This document shows, in pieces, positions 18,518-25,276 of a stretch of 64,000 nucleotides of DNA. Position numbers and translations under genes: made by a program. The stretch's first letter is position 1; the number at the start of each line of letters is the position of its first letter. Origin of the DNA: Eubacteriales bacterium (GTDB lineage: Bacteria; Bacillota; Clostridia; Oscillospirales; CAG-272). The notes beneath the pieces were generated by a model. That model did no database searches and was not told where the DNA came from. It saw only the letters and a list, made by a program, of their open reading frames with translations. The stretch is from assembly GCA_045127455.1 (NCBI GenBank), contig JBGVQK010000054.1:3059-67058 (forward strand), in the 5' to 3' direction.

Positions 18518-18880
18518 TTATTGATTGATGATTTTGTTGCTCAGCGCAAGGATCTCTGCGCTGTATTTTTGGCGACGGCTCTTGAGGATGCCGCGGTAGA
18601 TGGGATAATTGATGATTGCCATAAATAGACCGACAACACCGATGGCAAGACCAGGGATCATTGTATTGACGATGCCCAGAATAGCGCCAATGTCGGTCAT
18701 GATCAAGCTCATGCCTGCGCCCATAATGATGGCGGAGAGGCTGCCAAAGGTATAGGCAAATGCGTTTGCGGGGCGCTTTACCTTTGCATCCAGAGCGCGG
18801 AGTGTGTCAAGCTCTGTGGTCTCTTTTGCAACGTATTGGGTGCGGATCTTTTCTGCTGCGTATTGATCGTTTCTGTTCAT
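18518..18880 (-). CDS. Small two-TM membrane protein, first gene of the TCS/ABC operon
   Basis: EKIRTQY..LRALDAKV..GAGMSLIMTD..YPIYRGILKSRRQKYSAEILALS. Confidence 0.82.
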   Translation of the reverse strand: MNRNDQYAAEKIRTQYVAKETTELDTLRALDAKVKRPANAFAYTFGSLSAIIMGAGMSLIMTDIGAILGIVNTMIPGLAIGVVGLFMAIINYPIYRGILKSRRQKYSAEILALSNKIINQ

Positions 18881-18945
18881 TTTTTGTTACCTGCCTTTTT
18901 TGTTTGTTGTGACATTATTTTACGATATTCTTTTTTGCGTTTTGC

Positions 18946-18966
18946 TTCTAAAATGTTTCTAAAATG
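18946..18966 (-). promoter_or_regulatory. Candidate OmpR-type operator (direct repeat)
   Basis: TTCTAAAATG twice with an 11-bp period, about 24 bp upstream of a TAAAAT -10 at 18917-18922 (minus strand). Confidence 0.55.
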
Positions 18967-18988
18967 TTATAAAAAACTTTTTTGAAAA

Positions 18989-19097
18989 CTCTTAGCGGCT
19001 AGGGTAGCAAAGCGGCGCGAGCGTAATGAATGACAGTCCGGTGGACTGTCAGAACGTGAGTGAGACCAAGCCGCAGCGAGACCCTGGTAGCTAAGAG
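18989..19097. repeat. About 109-nt long imperfect hairpin element
   Basis: CTCTTAGCGGCTAGGGT pairs with ACCCTGGTAGCTAAGAG; inner GCGGC/GCCGC; apical TGACAGTCC-ggt-GGACTGTCA (19031-19051). Confidence 0.65.
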
Positions 19098-19108
19098 AGT
19101 GGTTTGGC

Positions 19109-19144
19109 ACAAAAACGGGCGATTCGTGAATCGCCCCTACGAAT
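19109..19144. repeat. GTAG-type REP unit, direct repeat of 20709-20744
   Basis: ACAAAAACGGGCGATTCGTGAATCGCCCCTACGAAT versus the same sequence with one mismatch at 20709-20744. Confidence 0.85.
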
Positions 19145-19221
19145 TATTATAAAATTTATTGTATGGGCGAAGAGATTGCTTGCAATCTCTTGACGGCTTG
19201 CCGCCTTCCATTAGGTCGCCC
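19141..19221. repeat. Left arm of an 81-bp inverted repeat (partner 20780-20860)
   Basis: 79/81 match to the reverse complement of 20780-20860. The ORF track confirms it with the same shadow peptide GDLMEGGKPSRDCKQSLRPYNKFYNNS on opposite strands. Confidence 0.92.
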
Positions 19222-19296
19222 TCTATTCTTTCTTGCTTCTCCACTTCTTTTAGAAAAAAACCACTTATCGTGGTAAAATTCTCAAAAACGCGGTTA

Positions 19297-19325
19297 TTGA
19301 CATTCTTTTTTGGATGTGCTATCAT
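19297..19325 (+). promoter_or_regulatory. SigA promoter of the XRE regulator gene
   Basis: TTGACA-17-TATCAT with extended TG. Confidence 0.7.
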
Positions 19326-19388
19326 AAGGGTGACGATAGGGCCCATCGTTGCAGAAAACGAAATCAGGTTACAAGAAAGGAAAAATTT

Positions 19389-20522
19389 ATGGAACTAATG
19401 ATTGCACAAAAAATTAAGAAGTACCGCAAAGAACGCGAATTGACACAAGATGCTTTGGCTTCGGCGTTAGGTGTTTCCCCTCAATCTATTTCAAAATGGG
19501 AATGCGGCGATGGATACCCCGACATTACGCTTCTGCCCTCTATTGCAAATTATTTTGAAGTTACAGTAGATGAGCTTATTGGAAATGATGAGATCAGCGC
19601 AAAAGACGATATAGAACAAAATTATTTTGATGTTGTGTGGGAACTCGACAGAGATGCTGCTTTGCAGCTTGCATTAAAATATAACAAAAAATATCCGCGA
19701 AATTGGCGTATTGCAAATTCTCTCATGTATGAAATTTCGCGAAACCACCGTGACAAGCTTGAAAAATACGAGCAACTAGTTTATGACCTTTGTGAGCGAC
19801 TTTTGAAGGAATGCACAGACAGTGTTATGCGCCGACAAGCCATACAATCTGTTTGCATGATTTGTCCTGAAAACGAAATCAATGAATGGTTAGATAGAGA
19901 CACCACTTGTTGGTATGAAAAGAGACACGAAGTTTATGAAGAAAGATATGAATTGATGGGCGACAAAAAGCAACATACGATGTACCAATGCGCCAATAAC
20001 TTTTTATATGCTTCCCGAATGTTAAATATCATAGGGGAAAATCGAAGCTATTACGGATCCCCCCAAAAAGCAATGGCGTGGCACAAAGCATATATTCATT
20101 TATTGGATGCCGCATCCGGTTTTTGCGAAACCCAAACTGTCCCCGACGGTTGGCTGCCTGAATATGCTTATGCCTATATGCGACTTTCTGCGGCCCTTTT
20201 TGCAGTGGGAGAAAAGAATAAGGGGTATGAGTGTATTGAAAAGGCGCTTGGTTTTGCAAAACAATATTTTGATATTCCAGACGGTCAACCCGTCGACCTT
20301 GGAAACAGCATTTTTTACGGTGATACAAAGGCAGTAAGAGGAGATGATTATCTCATTTTGCCAAACGGCAAAAAACTGGAGAATTTCTACGGCATTGCTT
20401 ATTATCCGCCCTGTATTTACCAAATTATGGAGGCAAAATCCGGCTGGGAATGGTTCAATTCGGTTCGCAACGAAGAACGCTTCCTCGCTTTGCTCGAAGA
20501 AGCAAAAAGCGTTACAGAATAA
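19389..20522 (+). CDS. XRE-family HTH regulator with a long helical (TPR-like) C-terminal domain
   Basis: IKKYRKERELTQDALASALGVSPQSISKWECGDGYPDITLLPSIANYFEVTVDELIG; visibly AT-richer than its neighbours. Confidence 0.88.
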   Translation: MELMIAQKIKKYRKERELTQDALASALGVSPQSISKWECGDGYPDITLLPSIANYFEVTVDELIGNDEISAKDDIEQNYFDVVWELDRDAALQLALKYNKKYPRNWRIANSLMYEISRNHRDKLEKYEQLVYDLCERLLKECTDSVMRRQAIQSVCMICPENEINEWLDRDTTCWYEKRHEVYEERYELMGDKKQHTMYQCANNFLYASRMLNIIGENRSYYGSPQKAMAWHKAYIHLLDAASGFCETQTVPDGWLPEYAYAYMRLSAALFAVGEKNKGYECIEKALGFAKQYFDIPDGQPVDLGNSIFYGDTKAVRGDDYLILPNGKKLENFYGIAYYPPCIYQIMEAKSGWEWFNSVRNEERFLALLEEAKSVTE

Positions 20523-20549
20523 TCAATATTAGCAAAAAAGCCATCAAAC

Positions 20550-20870
20550 GGGACGCCGAGGACGTCGTCCCCTACGAGGAATCTTTCCCTTGGGTTGTGT
20601 ATATTCTACCGTTTTAACAAAATTACAAATGCATCAAAATTGCAAAAGGTAAACAACTTTTGTAGGGGATGACCTCCCGGGCATCCCGAAAACGAACAAT
20701 TATCGCAAACAAAAACGGGCGATTCGTAAATCGCCCCTACGAATCCTCGACATCTCATTGTTTCGTTGTCGTTAGAAGCGGGCGACCTAATGGAAGGCGG
20801 CAAGCCGTCAAGAGATTGCAAGCAATCTCTTCGCCCCTACAATAAGTTTTATAATAATTCCATCCCCTAC
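20550..20870. repeat. Cluster of GTAG-type REP hairpins, including the right arm of the 81-bp inverted repeat
   Basis: GGGACGCCGAGGACGTCGTCCCCTAC (20550-20575), GTAGGGGATG..CATCCC (from 20662), GGGCGATTCGTAAATCGCCCCTAC (to 20740), IR arm 20780-20860, CCCCTAC at 20864-20870. Confidence 0.85.
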
Positions 20871-20890
20871 CGATTGATTTTTGCTAAAAT

Positions 20891-20936
20891 AAAAAACGTG
20901 AGGTTCTCCCATTTGGGATGTTCCTCACGTTTTTTG
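20891..20936. terminator. Terminator of the ylxM-ffh-rpsP-khpA operon
   Basis: AAAAAACGTGAGG..CCTCACGTTTTTT. Confidence 0.75.
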
Positions 20937-20943
20937 TTACGTC

Positions 20944-21180
20944 TTAGCGAATGTCGACGTTTACTTTTTTGCCACTGTTAACCGCTGCGGCTTTCATTAC
21001 GGAACGGATCGCTTTTGCAATCTTACCGTGTCTGCCGATTACCATTCCCATATCGTCGGGGGCAACGGTGAGAGTGAGCGTAACAGTCTTTTCGTCCTCT
21101 TCTTGCGTTACCTTAACTTCGTCGGGAGAATCGACAATCGCCTTGGCGATGTTGGTGAGCGTTTCCTGCAAGTTAATCAT
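20944..21180 (-). CDS. khpA: KH-domain RNA-binding protein (YlqC/KhpA)
   Basis: DMGMVIGRHGKIAKAIR; follows rpsP. Confidence 0.93.
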   Translation of the reverse strand: MINLQETLTNIAKAIVDSPDEVKVTQEEDEKTVTLTLTVAPDDMGMVIGRHGKIAKAIRSVMKAAAVNSGKKVNVDIR

Positions 21181-21203
21181 GCTGTGTCTCCTTATCGGAC
21201 GGC

Positions 21204-21449
21204 TCAGTCAACGATGCCACTCTTCTTCAGCAGGGACTTAACGGTCTCGGTGGGTTGTGCGCCGTTGGAGAGCCACTTCTTTGCCTTTTCTGCATCGATC
21301 TTGATATCAGCGGGCTCGGTGAGAGGGTTGTAGTAACCGATCTCCTCGATGAAGCGACCGTCTCTGGGAGAACGGCTGTCTGCTACGATTACGCGATAGA
21401 AGGGTGCTTTCTTCATACCCAATCTTCTCAGTCTCATTTTTACTGCCAT
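21204..21449 (-). CDS. rpsP: 30S ribosomal protein S16
   Basis: [42 protein letters not shown]. Confidence 0.99.
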   Translation of the reverse strand: MAVKMRLRRLGMKKAPFYRVIVADSRSPRDGRFIEEIGYYNPLTEPADIKIDAEKAKKWLSNGAQPTETVKSLLKKSGIVD

Positions 21450-21521
21450 GGTTTGTTTCCTCCATAAATTAAAAAATATTTTTATTTTTTGTTTTTTCTT
21501 GATTTATAATGAACGGTGAAA

Positions 21522-22865
21522 TCAGAAAGGCATCTTCATTCTACCGAGCATTCTTTTGCCTTGCTTTGTTTTGCCCATATTGGAAAACTGCTTCATCATT
21601 TTGAGCATTTGCTCAAATTGCTTGAGGAGCTTATTGACCTCCTCGACCGAGGTGCCCGATCCTGCCGCAATTCTCTTTTTGCGAGATGCGTTGATCATAT
21701 CGGGGTGTTCCCTTTCGGCTTTTGTCATAGAGTGGATGATCGCCTCGGTGTGTGCCATAGCTTTTTCATCAATCTTGACGTCCTTCATAGATCCCGGCTT
21801 GACGCCCGGCATCATACCCATCAGCTGCTCAAGGTTGCCCATATTTTTGAGCTGTGCGAGCTGCTCGAGGTAATCATCAAGGGTGAAGGTCTGCTGACGC
21901 ATCTTTTGCTCAAGCTCTGCCGCTTGCTTTTCGTCGTAAGCCGCTTGTGCCTTGTCGATGAGGGTGAGCACGTCGCCCATACCGAGAATACGCGATGCCA
22001 TACGGTCGGGGTGGAAGGGCTCGATGGTATCGAGCTTTTCGCCCATACCCACAAACTTAATGGGCTTGCCTGTGACGTAGCGGATGGAAAGTGCCGCACC
22101 GCCTCTGGTGTCGCCATCGAGCTTGGTGAGAATAACGCCCGTAATATCGAGCAGATTGTTAAAGGTTTCGGCAACGTTGACAGATTCCTGACCGATCATA
22201 GAGTCGACAGTCAAAAGAATTTCATCGGGGTTGACCTCTGCCTTGATATTTTTGAGCTCATCCATGAGAACTTCGTCGATCTGCAGTCGACCTGCAGTAT
22301 CAATGAAGACCATATCGTAGCCCTTTTGGTTTGCGAATTTAATGGATTCCTTTGCGATCTCGACGGGAGAGACCTTGTCGCCCATTGTGAAAACAGGAAT
22401 ATCCAGCTTTTCACCGACTACCTGCAGCTGCTTGATTGCAGCGGGACGGTAGACGTCGCCTGCAACGAGCAACGGACGTTTGCCCTGCTTTTTATACATT
22501 CCCGCGAGCTTGCCCGCGTGGGTGGTTTTACCTGCACCCTGAAGACCGACCATCATAATAACTGTGGGGGGCTTGGATGCAATGGTGAGCTTGGCTTGCG
22601 AGCCGCCCATCAGGCGCGTGAGCTCTTCGTTTACGATCTTAACGACCTGCTGAGCAGGAAGCAAGGATTCGAGAACTTCGGCACCGACTGCACGCTCGGA
22701 AACGATTTTGATAAAGTCACGAACTACCTTGAAGTTAACGTCAGCCTCGAGCAGTGCGAGCTTGATCTCGCGCATACCCGCCTTAACGTCGGCTTCGGTA
22801 AGCTTACCCTTGTTACGAAATTTTTTAAAGGCGTTGTTTAACTTTTCGCCCAAACTTTCAAACAT
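21522..22865 (-). CDS. ffh: Signal recognition particle protein
   Basis: GLQGAGKTT, DTAGRLQ, TKLDGDTRGGAALS, Met-rich M domain. Confidence 0.99.
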   Translation of the reverse strand: MFESLGEKLNNAFKKFRNKGKLTEADVKAGMREIKLALLEADVNFKVVRDFIKIVSERAVGAEVLESLLPAQQVVKIVNEELTRLMGGSQAKLTIASKPPTVIMMVGLQGAGKTTHAGKLAGMYKKQGKRPLLVAGDVYRPAAIKQLQVVGEKLDIPVFTMGDKVSPVEIAKESIKFANQKGYDMVFIDTAGRLQIDEVLMDELKNIKAEVNPDEILLTVDSMIGQESVNVAETFNNLLDITGVILTKLDGDTRGGAALSIRYVTGKPIKFVGMGEKLDTIEPFHPDRMASRILGMGDVLTLIDKAQAAYDEKQAAELEQKMRQQTFTLDDYLEQLAQLKNMGNLEQLMGMMPGVKPGSMKDVKIDEKAMAHTEAIIHSMTKAEREHPDMINASRKKRIAAGSGTSVEEVNKLLKQFEQMLKMMKQFSNMGKTKQGKRMLGRMKMPF

Positions 22866-22885
22866 TTACGCACTCCTTTCGTCTC

Positions 22886-23221
22886 TTATCCTCCTACGGT
22901 TTCAAGGAGCTCCTTTGCAGCCTTGCGGACATCGCCCGCAACGCCCTCTTTTTCCATTAAGGAAAGCAACTCTGCGGTTTGCGCCTCGACTAACTGAAAG
23001 CGCTTTGCAAGCCCCAGCTTTTCCTCATAGAACATAAGCTCCTCGCCCGCCTTTTTGATCAGCTCGCGAACACCTTGTCTGGAAATACCGATCTCTTCGG
23101 CAATTTCTGCCAAAGAAAGATCGTCGTTATAGTAATAATCCAGCACCGTTCGTTTCCGCTCCGAGAGCACGTCGCCGTAAAAATCGAGCAAATAACCGAT
23201 TTCAAGGTTCTTTTCAAACAT
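22886..23221 (-). CDS. ylxM: YlxM family DNA-binding protein
   Basis: LLDFYGDVLSERKR..DDLSLAEIAEEIGISRQGV; upstream of ffh; start MFEKN. Confidence 0.93.
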   Translation of the reverse strand: MFEKNLEIGYLLDFYGDVLSERKRTVLDYYYNDDLSLAEIAEEIGISRQGVRELIKKAGEELMFYEEKLGLAKRFQLVEAQTAELLSLMEKEGVAGDVRKAAKELLETVGG

Positions 23222-23265
23222 CTTGTTTTCACCTCCAAATAGGTGTAAAGCAAATTGCTTTACAT

Positions 23266-23294
23266 AGTATACCATAAGACCTTTCGTTTGTCAA
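23266..23294 (-). promoter_or_regulatory. SigA promoter of ylxM-ffh
   Basis: TTGACA-17-TATACT with extended TG. Confidence 0.75.
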
Positions 23295-23386
23295 CACTTT
23301 TTCAAAAATTTTTTCGTCTTTTTTGCGTTTTTGTTGCAGTTATGCTTAAAATATGATATAATGAAGAAAAAACTTAGGAGTGCGAT

Positions 23387-24268
23387 ATGAAAACCGACGC
23401 TTGGATACAAAAAAATATGCCCTCAATGGTTGGCAAAACCGTTGCTATCAGCGGGGCTACCGGTGGAATTGGGCAAGAACTCTGCCGCCATTTGGCAGGT
23501 CTTGGCGCCGCTCTTTTGCTCCTTGACCGCAACAGCGAGCGCTCGAATGCTTGGATCGAAAAATTGAAAGTAGAATTCCCCGCTCTCAATGCGCGCCATT
23601 TACGCCTTGACCTATCCGACTTTGAGACGGTGCGTTCTGCGACCGCAGAATTGCTTGCATCCCCTCCCGATTATTTGATTTTTAACGCAGGGGCATATCA
23701 CGTTCCGCGTTATACCACGAGCATTGGACACGACAACGTTTTTCAAATCAATTTTGTCGCTCCCTACTATATGGCGCACGAGCTTCTGCCCGTTATGCGC
23801 GAGCGCGGCGGTCGCATTGTTGCCGTTGGCAGTATCGCCCACAACTATTCGCATATTGATTTAGAGGATATAGAGTTTCTCACGCGCAAACAATCCTCAA
23901 AGGTTTACGGCAATGCAAAGCGCTTTTTGATGTTCGCGCTCTTCGGACTTGACAAAGACGGCAACACGATCTCCGTCGCGCACCCGGGCATCACCTTGAC
24001 AAACATCACCGCGCACTATCCCAAGCTGATCTATGCCATTATCAAGCACCCAATGAAGGTGATCTTTATGTCTCCGCGCCGCGCATCTCTTTCCATCCTT
24101 GCGGCAATGGTGCAGGATACACAGCAAAATGAGTGGTTTGGTCCCTCTCTCTTTGACGTTTGGGGACTGCCAAAAAAGAAGCTCCTCAAAACCTGCCCCG
24201 CTGATGAGGCGGCAAAGATTTGCGGTGAGGCAGAGAAAATTGTTGAAAATTTGAAAGCTCAAAAATAA
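23387..24268 (+). CDS. Short-chain dehydrogenase/reductase
   Basis: SGATGGIG, FNAG, YGNAK (YxxxK), HPGITLT. Confidence 0.9.
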   Translation: MKTDAWIQKNMPSMVGKTVAISGATGGIGQELCRHLAGLGAALLLLDRNSERSNAWIEKLKVEFPALNARHLRLDLSDFETVRSATAELLASPPDYLIFNAGAYHVPRYTTSIGHDNVFQINFVAPYYMAHELLPVMRERGGRIVAVGSIAHNYSHIDLEDIEFLTRKQSSKVYGNAKRFLMFALFGLDKDGNTISVAHPGITLTNITAHYPKLIYAIIKHPMKVIFMSPRRASLSILAAMVQDTQQNEWFGPSLFDVWGLPKKKLLKTCPADEAAKICGEAEKIVENLKAQK

Positions 24269-24294
24269 CAGAAATATAGGAAAGGAGAAACCGA

Positions 24295-25170
24295 ATGTCA
24301 GCTTATCGCTTCATTTCCAAGGAATTGATACAAAAAGGTTGGTCGGGAGACAAAAAATACTGCGCCATTGACGAGCACGGCAACAAGTTTTTACTCCGCG
24401 TTTCTCCTATCGAGCAATATGAGCGCAAGAAAAGCGAATTTGAACTGATGCAGCAAGTGGCGGCCCTTGGCATTCCTATGTGCGAGCCGTTAGAGTTTGG
24501 CACTTCTGACGAAGGTGTCTACTCTGTTCAAACTTGGATCAATGGAATAGATGCCGAGGAAAACATTCACCGTTTTTCGTACGAGGAGCAATATTCCTAC
24601 GGCTTTGCATCGGGGCAAATTCTAAAAGAAATTCACAAAGTCCCTGCTCCCGAGGGATGTGAGGATTGGGAAATCTATTTCAACCGCAAGGCGGATCGCA
24701 AGATCAAAATGTATGCGGAATGCCCCATCAAATGTGAGAACGGTCAGGCGTTCATTGATTATATCAACGCCAACAGACACCTGCTCAAAGGGCGCCCCAG
24801 AACCTATCAGCACGGCGATTATCACATTGGCAATATGATGATCGGTGAGGATAAAAAACTCTACATCATCGACTTTAACAGAAATGATTTTGGAGACCCG
24901 TGGGAAGAATTTAATCGCATTGTTTGGTGCGCGCAAGCTGCGCCCCACTTTGCCAGCGGCATGGTGGACGGATATTTTGATAACCAAATTCCCATGGAGT
25001 TTTGGAAATTGCTTGCCTTGTATATTGCCAGCAATACTCTGTCCTCTGTGCCGTGGGCGATTCCCTTTGGTGAAAAAGAGATTGAGGTTATGCTCAATCA
25101 AGCAAAAGATGTGCTATCGTGGTATGACAATATGAAAAATCCCGTGCCGAGTTGGTACATAAGAATTTAA
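24295..25170 (+). CDS. Aminoglycoside phosphotransferase/choline kinase-like family protein
   Basis: KGWSGDKKY, HGDYHIGN, IIDFNR..GDPWEEF. Confidence 0.85.
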   Translation: MSAYRFISKELIQKGWSGDKKYCAIDEHGNKFLLRVSPIEQYERKKSEFELMQQVAALGIPMCEPLEFGTSDEGVYSVQTWINGIDAEENIHRFSYEEQYSYGFASGQILKEIHKVPAPEGCEDWEIYFNRKADRKIKMYAECPIKCENGQAFIDYINANRHLLKGRPRTYQHGDYHIGNMMIGEDKKLYIIDFNRNDFGDPWEEFNRIVWCAQAAPHFASGMVDGYFDNQIPMEFWKLLALYIASNTLSSVPWAIPFGEKEIEVMLNQAKDVLSWYDNMKNPVPSWYIRI

Positions 25171-25206
25171 ACGTTTAATATATAAATATAAAATATGCAC
25201 TTTCTA

Positions 25207-25236
25207 TTGACAAACTGCCAAAAATGGTGATATAAT
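25207..25236 (+). promoter_or_regulatory. SigA promoter of nadE
   Basis: TTGACA-18-TATAAT with extended TG. Confidence 0.65.
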
Positions 25237-25276
25237 TTTTTTGAAAGAAAGTTCCTTAACAAAGGAGTTATGAATT

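Noticed and set aside
11457-18880. Bacteriocin or lantibiotic biosynthesis cluster
   Set aside because: No precursor with a double-glycine or FNLD leader, no LanB/C/M and no peptidase-containing exporter.
19109-20870. Repeats that might be a CRISPR array
   Set aside because: No regular repeat-spacer period, mixed orientations and no cas genes; they fit REP-like hairpins.
21516-22841. 441-aa plus-strand ORF (similar cases at 25268-26683, 43820-44956, 44984-46183)
   Set aside because: In-register antisense shadows of ffh, nadE, metY and aroF.
24295-25170. Calling the phosphotransferase an aminoglycoside resistance gene
   Set aside because: Only fold-level motifs are visible; it does not resemble known APH enzymes closely and has no mobile context.
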